Of a stretch of 64,000 bases of DNA, positions 54,963 through 64,000 are shown one piece after another (position 1 is the first letter of the stretch; each line of letters starts with the position of its first letter). A program made the position numbers and the translations under genes. The stretch spans positions 5,172-69,171 of the forward strand of contig CAYOJH010000004.1 in the NCBI GenBank assembly GCA_964404275.1. The letters are read 5' to 3'. The notes below the pieces were generated by a model that worked only from the letters and a program-made list of their open reading frames with translations, had not been told where the DNA came from and ran no database searches. Source of the DNA: an uncultured Gammaproteobacteria bacterium. Its GTDB lineage: Bacteria; Patescibacteriota; Patescibacteriia; SG8-24; DYFX01.

Positions 54963-55844
54963 GTGAAACAGCACTGGATGAACGGGTTCACGCTCTGCGT
55001 ATTCGGGTGCGTCTTCCTGACGTTCCTGCTCGATGGTCCTTTTACCCAAAGGAAGGAGGCCGCCTCCGCTCAGGCCGCGACGATCAAGCCGCACTGGCCG
55101 ACTTCGCCGCGGGTCAACGCGGAAATTGAGATGCCGGTAGAGCAGCTTGCGCCTTCGCTTTCGGGTGAAGCCGCCGCTGTCTGCGCCAGCTATGATCCCG
55201 TCGCGCATCCGGAGCAGGTCCTCGACATCCTCGTCTACGCGAGCAAAGAAACCGGAACGCCGGTGGACGTGCTCTTCGCGATTTGGATGAACGAGACCGG
55301 CGTGGTCTACGGCTCCGGCGGATCCGATCGCTGTCCGGTCGCGGAGCAGCTGATGATCCGCTGCAAAGTGGGGCGCTCCTGCAGTCATGCGGAAGCGCTC
55401 GACCAGATGGCCGCGCGTTTCCACTGGAATACGCAAGGCATGCTCTGCTCGTGCGGAACTTCCACCATGGGCGAAAATACCGGAAACTTCGGCGGCTGCT
55501 GCGGACCGTTCCAATTCTCCGCCGGAGAAATCGCTCAGGACGCGCTCTCGCGCAATCTTGATCCGATGACGTTCTGCGGCGGAGCGATCGTGGCCGGCGC
55601 GGAGCTGAAGCGGTATCACGACCAACTCGGTTCGTGGGAAGCCGCCATCAAGCGCTATTACGGACTTGATCGCGACGGCCGCTACTATCAGCACGCCTAC
55701 CAGCATTGGCAGGAGATCAAGCCGTACATCGACGCGCAGGATCCGGACAAGCTGCGGACGTTCCTCAAGAACACCGCCGCACCCCGGCTCGCCTGGTCGC
55801 GCCAGAATCGGCAGCAGACGTCGCCGCTGCTCTCCAGCAACTAG
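54963..55844 (+). CDS. Membrane-anchored lytic transglycosylase/lysozyme-like protein, Cys-rich
   Basis: AAGGAG SD; AIWMNETG (putative catalytic Glu); GPFQF; AIKRY. Confidence 0.65.
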   Translation: MKQHWMNGFTLCVFGCVFLTFLLDGPFTQRKEAASAQAATIKPHWPTSPRVNAEIEMPVEQLAPSLSGEAAAVCASYDPVAHPEQVLDILVYASKETGTPVDVLFAIWMNETGVVYGSGGSDRCPVAEQLMIRCKVGRSCSHAEALDQMAARFHWNTQGMLCSCGTSTMGENTGNFGGCCGPFQFSAGEIAQDALSRNLDPMTFCGGAIVAGAELKRYHDQLGSWEAAIKRYYGLDRDGRYYQHAYQHWQEIKPYIDAQDPDKLRTFLKNTAAPRLAWSRQNRQQTSPLLSSN

Positions 55845-55979
55845 TACCTTCTTAGCCTCTCTGAGAGAGGTCGACCTCGGTCGGCCTCTTTTTGTATTGT
55901 ACGACACTCGCGGCGTTTGCCGAATGCGGCGCGAATTGCTAGCGTCAAGACAGGACGTTCCACGGACAAGGAGGTACGC

Positions 55980-56750
55980 ATGTCCGAACCGAAGAACTCA
56001 GGATTGATGGTGCTGCTCGGCAGCTTCGGCGGAGCCGCGCTGGCCACCGCCATCTGTCTCGCGTCCTTTCTGATCGCCGGACGCGCGAACCAGACGGTCA
56101 TCGTCAAGAAAGCGGACGAGGCTGTGACCGAGCGCGCCCGCATCTCGCCGGATGATCAAGTGATCACGGCGCACCACGAGGCCGCGCACGCCGTCGTCAG
56201 CATGGCGCTGCTTCCGGAACGCGGAATCGCCAAGCTCGAGGTCTTCTCCAAAGTCAGCCAGGGCAAGTACCTGGGCCTGACGACCTGGAGCGATGACAAG
56301 TCCCGCGGCGACGAAGCGTACCGGCATCGCGCCAACGCGCTCGTCTCCTTGGCCGGCGGCGCCGCCGAAGACGCGCTCTTCAAGAAAACGCCGTCCGACA
56401 GCGATCCGGATTCCGACGCTTCGGCTTTCGAATCGATCGCCTACTGCGAAGTCGCGCATTGCGACTGCCCGCCGGAAAGCAAGGTCGGCGACGACTGTCT
56501 GCTGAACGGCCTGCTCAAGCCGGAGCGCGCGGAGTTCTACGCGCAGGCGAAAACCTGCGTCGAAGCGAATCGCGCCGCGATCATCGAGCTGGCCAAGGCC
56601 GTCATCCTGAAAAGGGAGGACGAAACGCAGGCCGTGCGAACGCTGTCGAGCGGCGAGCTCAAGACGTTCTTCGCCGCGCATCCGCTCGACGTCGAGGCCT
56701 GCACCGGCATCGTTTCCACGCCCGCCCCGCCCGAAGCCCTGCAACCTTGA
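55980..56750 (+). CDS. Membrane-anchored M41-like (FtsH protease-domain) zinc metallopeptidase
   Basis: TAHHEAAHAVV; LAGGAAE; SD motif. Confidence 0.75.
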   Translation: MSEPKNSGLMVLLGSFGGAALATAICLASFLIAGRANQTVIVKKADEAVTERARISPDDQVITAHHEAAHAVVSMALLPERGIAKLEVFSKVSQGKYLGLTTWSDDKSRGDEAYRHRANALVSLAGGAAEDALFKKTPSDSDPDSDASAFESIAYCEVAHCDCPPESKVGDDCLLNGLLKPERAEFYAQAKTCVEANRAAIIELAKAVILKREDETQAVRTLSSGELKTFFAAHPLDVEACTGIVSTPAPPEALQP

Positions 56751-56790
56751 CAGGGCGCTTTTTTTATTGTGAAATCCGCCCGGAGGAATC

Positions 56791-57513
56791 ATGGACATTT
56801 CAGCGAAGGATCGGATCATCGTGGCGCTCGACATGGCGTACGAAAGCGTGATCATGTCGGCAATCCATCACCTGCGCGAACACGTCGGCATGTTCAAGTT
56901 CGGCTTCGAATCGATCCACGCCTTCGGGACTCCGAGGGTCAAGCAGATGATCGAAGAGACTGGCGGCAGCGACTTCATCGACTGCAAGCTTCACGACATT
57001 CCCGAAACCGTCAGGAAGTCGGCCTTGCAGATCGTCGGCCCGCACGTGAAGTTCTTCAATGTCCACGCGACCGCCGGGGCCGAAGCCATTCGCGCCGCCG
57101 CCGAGGCCAAAGGGCCTTCCAAGCTCTTGGCCGTGACGCTGTTGACATCGCTGTCGCCCAAGGATGTCGATGAGATTTACAACGCCGACCACGTCGAGCG
57201 GAAGGTCTTGAGCCTGGCGGCGCTGGCAATGAGGAATGGCGCCGATGGCGTCATCTGTTCGCCCAAGGAGATCCCGACGCTCCGCGCGCATCCGGCCACC
57301 AAGGATGCGATCCTGGTCACGCCCGGCGTGCGTCCGGCCGGCGCCGATCACAACGATCAGAAGCGCGTCATGACCCCCGGCGAAGCGATCCTGGCCGGCG
57401 CCGATTACCTCGTGATCGGCCGACCGATCCTGGGCGAGCTCGATTCGGTCGGGGCCGCGAAGCGCATCGCCGAGGAGATCGAGATCGCGCTCGCCAGTCG
57501 AGGCGCCCCGTGA
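56791..57513 (+). CDS. pyrF: Orotidine-5'-phosphate decarboxylase
   Basis: IVALD; DCKLHDIPET; VTLLTS; TPGVRP; DQKRVMTP; VIGRPI. Confidence 0.95.
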   Translation: MDISAKDRIIVALDMAYESVIMSAIHHLREHVGMFKFGFESIHAFGTPRVKQMIEETGGSDFIDCKLHDIPETVRKSALQIVGPHVKFFNVHATAGAEAIRAAAEAKGPSKLLAVTLLTSLSPKDVDEIYNADHVERKVLSLAALAMRNGADGVICSPKEIPTLRAHPATKDAILVTPGVRPAGADHNDQKRVMTPGEAILAGADYLVIGRPILGELDSVGAAKRIAEEIEIALASRGAP

Positions 57514-58166
57514 AGCGCCTCTCGGAAACCGACGTCATCGCGCTCTTCGAGCGCTTCGGCGCCTATCGCAAAGACGACCACTTCGTCTACGCCAGCGGCA
57601 AGCACGGCCACGAGTACCTCGATAAGAAGGCGCTGCTGGCCGATCCCGCCGCTTCCGCCGCCCTTTCCCATGAGATGTACTGGCGCTGGATCGAGACATC
57701 CGACGACCCGATACCCGACGTGGTCGCCGGGCCGGAAGTCAGCGGCGCGGACCTGGCCAAGCTCGTGATGGCGGACTATAACCGCCTGCTGGCGCTGACC
57801 GGAGCCGAACCGATCACCTCGATCTCGATCGATAAAGACGGCGCGGGCGGCTTCCGGCTGACGGAGGAAGCTGCCAACACCGTTCGAGGGCGGACCGTCC
57901 TCTTGACGGAGGATATTCTGAACACCGCTGGCAGCCTCGTCTCGGCGGCTCAAGCGGTGAAGAACGCCCGACCTCTCGCCATCGTCGGCGCAACCGTGAT
58001 CTGGAATCGCGGCGGGATCACCTCTCTCCCCTGCCCATTCATCTCGCTGGTAACCCGCCAGCTCGAAGCCTACGCCGCGACCGACTGCCCGTTCTGCAAG
58101 CAGGGCCGGCCGATCAATACGAAGCTCGGCCACGGCGCCGAGTATCTCCGCAGCCTCCGCCCTTGA
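57510..58166 (+). CDS. pyrE: Orotate phosphoribosyltransferase
   Basis: HFVYASGKH..Y; PRPP-binding LLTEDILNTAGS; CPFC; GTGA-coupled to pyrF. Confidence 0.85.
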   Translation: MKRLSETDVIALFERFGAYRKDDHFVYASGKHGHEYLDKKALLADPAASAALSHEMYWRWIETSDDPIPDVVAGPEVSGADLAKLVMADYNRLLALTGAEPITSISIDKDGAGGFRLTEEAANTVRGRTVLLTEDILNTAGSLVSAAQAVKNARPLAIVGATVIWNRGGITSLPCPFISLVTRQLEAYAATDCPFCKQGRPINTKLGHGAEYLRSLRP

Positions 58167-58215
58167 TCTAAGGGCGGTTTTTTGTTTAGCTAGGCGGGTG
58201 CGAAAGGAGTTCCGC

Positions 58216-58842
58216 ATGCGCAGCGCCTTCATCATCGTCGGCAGCGAGCTCGGATTCTGGGAACAGGCTTGCGCGCTCGAAACCTACCTCCGCGCGAATG
58301 CCGGGATCCGATACGTTAAAATCTGCGAGGCCTGGAATCGGAAGCCGTTCGATCTCAAATACGCGTTCGACAACCATGCCATCCGCGCCGGACGCCAGCC
58401 GTTTCTCTTGGCCTACATCGGCCACGGCTACAAGGACAAGAAGACCGGCGAAACCGGCTGGTCGTACGGCAAGGAGAACGCCCATCGGGAACTTCGGCTC
58501 CCGTACGAGACGCTCCTGACCTGGCTGATCGAATCGCGCGACGGCCCGACGCTGTTCCTGAACGATTGCTGCTACGCGGCCTCGTTCCTGACGCCGGCGG
58601 TGCGCGAAAATCCGAGGCTCAAGATCAGCATGATCGCCGCCTCGCACGCGCAAGGCTTCTGCTACGGGTATCTCATGAATTCCGTCATGAATGCCTGGAT
58701 GGGCCGCGAGGTCTACGTGCCGAAGATCCATCTCCGCGATCCGACGATCAAACGCCATCACCGCGTGCTCGAAGAACGCTTCGGCCCCGCGCTCGACCAT
58801 CACTTCTTCCCGAAGCCCCCAGCCGCCAACCAGGCTGCCTAG
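58216..58842 (+). CDS. Caspase/legumain-like (clan CD) peptidase-fold protein
   Basis: AAAGGAG SD; LAYIGHG and FLNDCCYA match the His/Cys dyad pattern. Confidence 0.55.
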   Translation: MRSAFIIVGSELGFWEQACALETYLRANAGIRYVKICEAWNRKPFDLKYAFDNHAIRAGRQPFLLAYIGHGYKDKKTGETGWSYGKENAHRELRLPYETLLTWLIESRDGPTLFLNDCCYAASFLTPAVRENPRLKISMIAASHAQGFCYGYLMNSVMNAWMGREVYVPKIHLRDPTIKRHHRVLEERFGPALDHHFFPKPPAANQAA

Positions 58843-58853
58843 GGGTTTTTTCT

Positions 58854-59912
58854 TTACAGCTGATGGTGTTTCGCTCGTTCAACCATGAACTTCACCGCGT
58901 CATTGGCATTGACGTATTCGATGAGTAGGTCCGGGTGGCGTTTCTGAAATACCCGGAACACCTCGTCAGCAAATGCCTGACCGACAGAGGGTACGCGCTC
59001 GAAGTCTAGGACGATCTGCTTGAATTTATCGAGTCCCGTAAGGAGGCGTCGGGCTTGCGAACGAGAAATTTGTGCTGTGCCATAACGGTATAATTTCACG
59101 TGCACCACTGTTCTATCGAAGGCCGGCTCTTCAACATCGATGGAAAAAGGCCGGAATACGTCACGATCAAGGTGCCTATCGGAGTTGAGGGCGATCTCAA
59201 AGATAACCTTGGTGCCGGTATGCGCGGAGATCTCTTCTAGGAATGTATCGGGAATCCGATTATCCACGGTGAGCATGAGCGTTCCGCTTTCGAGCATGAA
59301 GAGATCGCCGGATTTCGAGGTGAAGAAGATGCCCTCACCACTATGTCGGTCGGGAACCGTCGTCGTTTTCCCTTTCAACACGTCAAGAGCAGCTTCATAT
59401 TGGCTCTCCAAGCGTCTTTTCCACATCACGTTTTCAAAAGCACCGATCCCCCTGTCTTCAACCTCGAACCTCAATTTGCCGTCTCCAATTTCTACCGTGG
59501 TCCTGATAGTGTCTGATTGCGAATGATCTATTGCATTATTTACCATTTCCGAAAATGCATAATCAAAAATACTGCGTACGTTTTCATGCAGTACGCCGAG
59601 TTTCGGTAAATCTCTGACCACCTCATCGTAAACGTCTGCTTCGCTCAAGTCCGTATTACGAAACGTTTTTTCCCATTTCGAAGCGGTGTGTAAAATTGCC
59701 GACGCATTTTTCTCTGTCGCGGCAACATAGTAGGCTCCGCGCGTTATACCAATCTTCAGAATCCTCTTTTGTCCCAATAGCTGGCCAATAATATGCCTGG
59801 CCAGCTTGGCATGGCCTGGAAAAAAAACGATAACTTCGCGTGCTTTGAACTCGCGGCGCTCATCGAGTAATTCTTCGATTTTCTGCCTAATTTTCGTTGA
59901 GATATCAGACAT
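58854..59912 (-). CDS. HTH + HATPase_c + STAS-like (DUF4325-type) protein
   Basis: EMVNNAIDHS; DRGIG; HSGEGIFFTS; SRSQA; LDF..V..VGQAFADEVFRVF; low GC. Confidence 0.85.
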   Translation of the reverse strand: MSDISTKIRQKIEELLDERREFKAREVIVFFPGHAKLARHIIGQLLGQKRILKIGITRGAYYVAATEKNASAILHTASKWEKTFRNTDLSEADVYDEVVRDLPKLGVLHENVRSIFDYAFSEMVNNAIDHSQSDTIRTTVEIGDGKLRFEVEDRGIGAFENVMWKRRLESQYEAALDVLKGKTTTVPDRHSGEGIFFTSKSGDLFMLESGTLMLTVDNRIPDTFLEEISAHTGTKVIFEIALNSDRHLDRDVFRPFSIDVEEPAFDRTVVHVKLYRYGTAQISRSQARRLLTGLDKFKQIVLDFERVPSVGQAFADEVFRVFQKRHPDLLIEYVNANDAVKFMVERAKHHQL

Positions 59913-60113
59913 GGACGTGGTATCTACTAATAATCTACCAATATATACTAATCTTGTCAAGACCTATTTACTAATATATATCAATTATCGGGTTAAGAAT
60001 ATTGACAGGTGGGGCGCCACTTGATATCTTTTGCCTGTATTTAACTCCGGCCGCGACGCTTGGTTTCAGCCTCGAGCGGGCTCCTACTCGGCACGACGGC
60101 ATATAAAAGACGT

Positions 60114-60374
60114 ATGCTCGACAAGAAAGCGAAAGAAAAAATCATCGAGAAGTACAAGACGCACGATCAGGATACGGGTTCCGCGCAGGTCCAGATCGCC
60201 ATCCTTACGGCGGAGATCAAGGACCTGACCGACCACCTGAAGATGCATAAGAAGGACTTCTCGTCCCGCCGCGGTTTGCTCCGCAAGGTCAACGAGCGCC
60301 GCAAGTTGCTCCGCTACCTCCAGCGCGAAATGCCGAAGGAGTTCGCGAAGCTGACCGAAAAGCTCAAGATGTAA
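60114..60374 (+). CDS. rpsO: 30S ribosomal protein S15
   Basis: DTGSAQVQIAILT...HKKDFSSRRGLL..V..RRKLLRYL. Confidence 0.97.
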   Translation: MLDKKAKEKIIEKYKTHDQDTGSAQVQIAILTAEIKDLTDHLKMHKKDFSSRRGLLRKVNERRKLLRYLQREMPKEFAKLTEKLKM

Positions 60375-60462
60375 TTTGATAAGCGCGTCGCGTACACGGC
60401 CTTGCGGCTCCACGCGACGCGCTTCCGATTTTTGACCGGATTTTCAACTTCATTTCATTTGT

Positions 60463-61068
60463 ATGGCCGTGATCAAGCAGAAGAGCCAGCGCGTCGGCGT
60501 TTTCATCGACGTACAGAACATGTATTACTCGGCGAAGAACCTGTATAACTGCCGCGTCAACTTCGGCAACATCGTCGAAGACGCCGTGGCTGATCGCCAG
60601 CTCGTGCGCGCGATCGCCTACGTCGTCCGCGCCGGCGTGCCCGAAGAGCAATCCTTCTTCGACGCCCTGACCAAGCTCGGCATTGAAACCAAGGAACGCG
60701 AAGTCCAGGTCTTCCTGGGCGGCGCCAAGAAAGCGGATTGGGACGTCGGCATGGTCGTCGACGCGATCCGCCTCTCCCCCAAGCTCGACGTGGTCGTCCT
60801 CGTCTCGGGCGACGGCGACTTCATCCCGCTGGTCGAATATCTCCAAAACATGGGCGTCCAGACGGAAGTCATGGCCTTCCGCGAGACGTCCTCCTCCAAA
60901 CTGGTCGAAGAAGTCGATGATTACACCGATTTGTCCCGCGACCAGAAGCGCTACCTGATCCCCACGCGCTTCACCGGCCGGACGAGCGGCGCCCGCGCGC
61001 CGAAGCCCGCTCCGACCGCCGACGACGTCGATCCCAACATCAGCCAGATGCTCAAAGGCGAGGAGTAA
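60463..61068 (+). CDS. NYN domain (LabA/DUF88) protein
   Basis: FIDVQN; KKADWDVG; SGDGDF. Confidence 0.92.
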   Translation: MAVIKQKSQRVGVFIDVQNMYYSAKNLYNCRVNFGNIVEDAVADRQLVRAIAYVVRAGVPEEQSFFDALTKLGIETKEREVQVFLGGAKKADWDVGMVVDAIRLSPKLDVVVLVSGDGDFIPLVEYLQNMGVQTEVMAFRETSSSKLVEEVDDYTDLSRDQKRYLIPTRFTGRTSGARAPKPAPTADDVDPNISQMLKGEE

Positions 61069-61134
61069 GAGGCGGTGAGGGGGGTTTCCGAAACCCCTCC
61101 TTCCCTCTCTTATTCAAGAGAGACTAAGCATAAT

Positions 61135-61221
61135 TCCCGGAACGGTTGAGGACTCGTTCACAGTCCCGCGGAGCTCACGAGGTGAGCGGCGCAGGACTGT
61201 ATGCGGTCCCTTCCGTCGGGA
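61135..61221 (+). promoter_or_regulatory. Long stem-loop in the pnp 5' leader
   Basis: Nested pairs tcccg/cggga, ggac/gtcc, acagtcc/ggactgt and gctcac/gtgagc. Confidence 0.5.
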
Positions 61222-61229
61222 CACATCTC

Positions 61230-63398
61230 ATGACCAAGCAGTATTCGCTTGAATGGGGCGGTAAGACCCTCTCGGTTGAGATCGGCAAGATCGCCAAGCA
61301 GGCCAACGGTTCCTGCGTCGTGCGCTACGGCGACACGATGGTCCTCGTGACCGCGACGATGAGCGCCTCCGCGCGCGACGGCATCGACTTTTTGCCGCTG
61401 TCGGTCGAGAATGAAGAGCGCCTCTACGCTTCCGGCAAGATCAAGTCCTCGCGCTTCCTGAAGCGCGAAGGCCGCCCGACGGACGACGCGATCGTCGTCG
61501 GCCGCATGATCGACCGTTCGATCCGCCCGCTCTTCGAGCAGAAGATCCGAAACGAAATCCAAGTCGTCTTCACGACGCTCGCGTTCGACAAGGAAAACGA
61601 TTACGACGTCCCCGCCATGATGGGCGCCGCGATCGCGATCGGCATCTCCGACATTCCCTGGTTCGGTCCGATCGCCGGCATCCGCGTCGGCCGCGTCGGA
61701 GGCGAGTTGATCATCAACCCGACCTACGAAGCGCGCGACAAGGGCGATCTCGATCTCTTCATCGCCGGCACGCCGACGCTCACCACCATGGTGGAAGCGG
61801 AAAGCAACGAGGTCGCGGAAGAAGACATGATGAAGGCCGTGAAATTCGCCGAGAAGCATCTCGGCGAAGCGCAGGCGTTCGTCGAAAAAATTATCGCCGA
61901 GATCGGCAAGCCGAAACGCTCGGTCAGCGAGCTCACCAACACCGATCCGGAAACCGCGAAAGAAAAAGAAGCGCTGATCGCCAAGTCGCGCGAGTTCATC
62001 TTCCCAAAGATCCGCGAATATCTTTTCGCCACGCCGAAAGCCACGAAGGTCGAACGCGCGAAAGCCAAAGGCGCGCTCGCGCACACGCTCGACGACTATC
62101 TGAAGACCGAACAGATCGGCAAGGACAAGCGCAAATGGGCGATCGATGCGATGGGTAAGTGGGTCGAAGAAGTCGTCTCGCAGATCATCCTTGAAGAAGG
62201 CACGCGCTGCGATGGCCGCGGACTCGATGAGATCCGCGAGCTCTCCGCCGAAGTCGCCCTGCTCCCCCGCGTGCACGGTTCCGCCTTGTTTTCTCGGGGT
62301 GAAACGCAGATCCTCTCGTCCGTGACTCTCGGCGCGCCGTCCGATGTCCAGCTGGTCGACAGCATGGAATTCTCGGAGAAGCGCCGCTACTTCCACCACT
62401 ACAACTTCCCGCCGTACTCCGTCGGCGAAACCGGACGCTTCTTCGGTGGCGGTCGCCGAGAAATCGGCCACGGTGGCTTGGCCGAGCGCGCGCTCGTTCC
62501 GGTCCTGCCCACGAAAGAAGAATTCCCGTACACGATCCGCGTCGTCTCCGAGACGATGGGCTCGAACGGTTCTTCATCGCAGGGTTCGATCTGCGGCTCG
62601 ACGCTCGCGCTCATGGACGCCGGCGTTCCGATTCGCAAACCGGTAGCCGGCATCGCGATGGGCATCGCCACGGATCCGAACGACATCAACCGCTACAAGA
62701 TCATCACCGACCTCCAAGATTTGGAAGACGGCGCCGGCGGCATGGACTTCAAGATCGGCGGCACGCGCGACGGCATCACGTCGATCCAGATGGACACGAA
62801 GACGAAAGGCCTGACCTGGAAAATCGTCGAAGAGACGCTGACCAAGGCCAAGCAGGCGCGCCTGCAGATTCTCGACGTCATGGCGCAAGCGATCGCCGCG
62901 CCGCGTCCGGAACTTTCCCCGTACGCGCCGCGCATCGTCATCCTGAAGATCAATCCGGATCTGATCCGCAACGTCATCGGCCCCGGCGGCAAGATGATCA
63001 ACGCGATCATCGAAAAGACCGGCGTGCAGATCGACGTCGAGAACGACGGCACGATCACAATCACCTCCGCGAACCTCGAGCAGCTCGAAGTCGCGAAGAA
63101 GTGGGTCGAAGATCTGACGCGCGAACTCAAGGTCGGTGAATTTTTTGCGGGCGGTAAAGTTACGCGGATCCTCGATTTCGGCGCCTTCGTCGAAGTCCTG
63201 CCCGGCCAAGAAGGCATGGTCCACATCTCCGAGCTCTCGCCGCAGCGCGTCGAAAAGATCACCGACGTCCTTAAAGTCGGCGACATCATCCCGGTCGTCG
63301 TCATCAAGATTGACGAACTGGGCCGCGTCAACCTAAGCTTGAAGCGCGCTAAGGAGAAATTGCAGGTCAGTGGAAACCAAACTTCCAAAACTGCGTAG
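61230..63398 (+). CDS. pnp: Polyribonucleotide nucleotidyltransferase
   Basis: AKQANG; [11 protein letters not shown]; [11 protein letters not shown]; RREIGHG; DFK; KH and S1 domains. Confidence 0.97.
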   Translation: MTKQYSLEWGGKTLSVEIGKIAKQANGSCVVRYGDTMVLVTATMSASARDGIDFLPLSVENEERLYASGKIKSSRFLKREGRPTDDAIVVGRMIDRSIRPLFEQKIRNEIQVVFTTLAFDKENDYDVPAMMGAAIAIGISDIPWFGPIAGIRVGRVGGELIINPTYEARDKGDLDLFIAGTPTLTTMVEAESNEVAEEDMMKAVKFAEKHLGEAQAFVEKIIAEIGKPKRSVSELTNTDPETAKEKEALIAKSREFIFPKIREYLFATPKATKVERAKAKGALAHTLDDYLKTEQIGKDKRKWAIDAMGKWVEEVVSQIILEEGTRCDGRGLDEIRELSAEVALLPRVHGSALFSRGETQILSSVTLGAPSDVQLVDSMEFSEKRRYFHHYNFPPYSVGETGRFFGGGRREIGHGGLAERALVPVLPTKEEFPYTIRVVSETMGSNGSSSQGSICGSTLALMDAGVPIRKPVAGIAMGIATDPNDINRYKIITDLQDLEDGAGGMDFKIGGTRDGITSIQMDTKTKGLTWKIVEETLTKAKQARLQILDVMAQAIAAPRPELSPYAPRIVILKINPDLIRNVIGPGGKMINAIIEKTGVQIDVENDGTITITSANLEQLEVAKKWVEDLTRELKVGEFFAGGKVTRILDFGAFVEVLPGQEGMVHISELSPQRVEKITDVLKVGDIIPVVVIKIDELGRVNLSLKRAKEKLQVSGNQTSKTA

Positions 63399-64000
63399 TT
63401 GCAAGCTTTCGAAGCTCCAAGCGCTCCTCCTTCTGGGAGGGGCGTTTGTGTTGATGGCCGCTTTTTGGTGCGTGAACCTCAGGCTCGTCAGCGACGCTTC
63501 GGCTCAAGTTCCGCCCGACGCCATAGCTTCATTTACCCTGGTCCGCACCGATGCCGCTTTTCTTCGCTCTCCCGCCTGGACGCGTTTCCTCGATGCCGTT
63601 CCCTCGGAAGCCGCGCAAGCCTTGAAATACGCCGCTCCGGGACGCCCTCTGACGGTGTTTGCCGTTTCGGACGCGCAAGGCGTCCTGAATTGGCAGCTGC
63701 TTGAGACCATGAACGCCCAAGCGCCAAAATCCGCCAAGTGGCGCTGGATCCCCCGTTCCGCGCAAGCCTACGGCTTCATCGTCGTCGATCATCGACCGCA
63801 GCCCTTCACCGCAACTTTCCAAGCGAAAACCGCCATGTTTGAGGTCGGTTTGGGCTATCGCGGAGTGCTTTCCGATCCGCAACCCTTCAACGCCGGCCGC
63901 CGCCTGATCCAGCCGATGACAGAACAAATCGCCCACCTCGAAAAGCCCGCCGGCGTCGTTTGGAGCGGAGTTCCTGGCGTCTTGCGCCAGAGTCTTCAGC
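63370..64000 (+). CDS. Hypothetical membrane-anchored protein (3'-truncated by window)
   Basis: Frame open from GTG 63370 to the window end; TM ALLLLGGAFVLMAAFWCV. Not in the ORF track; start uncertain. Confidence 0.45.
   Translation, partial: METKLPKLRSCKLSKLQALLLLGGAFVLMAAFWCVNLRLVSDASAQVPPDAIASFTLVRTDAAFLRSPAWTRFLDAVPSEAAQALKYAAPGRPLTVFAVSDAQGVLNWQLLETMNAQAPKSAKWRWIPRSAQAYGFIVVDHRPQPFTATFQAKTAMFEVGLGYRGVLSDPQPFNAGRRLIQPMTEQIAHLEKPAGVVWSGVPGVLRQSLQ

Noticed and set aside
60040-60113. S15 autoregulatory leader RNA
   Set aside because: The position is plausible, but I could not identify a convincing structure or known motif by eye.
63529-63936. Minus-strand 135-aa ORF
   Set aside because: It is better explained as the shadow of a plus-strand frame open from 63370 to the window end that has an N-terminal TM.
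1-64000. Alternative genetic code (TGA as Gly, as in Gracilibacteria/Absconditabacteria)
   Set aside because: Conserved genes such as ruvB, galU, polX, clpP and pyrF are full length and end at TGA.

Overview
This is a high-GC bacterial chromosome segment using genetic code 11. It most likely comes from Patescibacteria/CPR (Parcubacteria/ABY1-like). That call is an inference from the solute-binding-protein plus TrbC/VirB2-like pilin array, the stand-alone PaaX/Cas2-like gene, the short SMC and the SD-less housekeeping genes. Housekeeping genes include polX, ruvB, galU, clpP, smc, rpsP, khpA, a Xer recombinase, pyrF, pyrE, rpsO, pnp and four tRNAs. There is also a surface-polysaccharide cluster with an embedded HTH-Doc toxin-antitoxin pair and a 7-gene pilin array. 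These are interleaved with many orphan genes carrying their own TTGACA promoters and strong SD sites. The most striking non-gene signal is a set of dispersed palindrome families. Two of them tightly frame a small nuclease-fold gene. (i) A PaaX/Cas2-like gene (40392-40940) is bracketed by 36-bp palindromes and a 17-bp direct repeat, with solo copies upstream of ruvB and in frame inside an O-antigen ligase gene. (ii) A GIY-YIG gene is framed by CGTC-type REP-like inverted repeats. A promoter-driven, ORF-free long hairpin near 31.0-31.2 kb is a candidate ncRNA. No CRISPR array, prophage structural gene or reverse transcriptase is evident. All calls come from reading the sequence; no database searches or folding programs were run.
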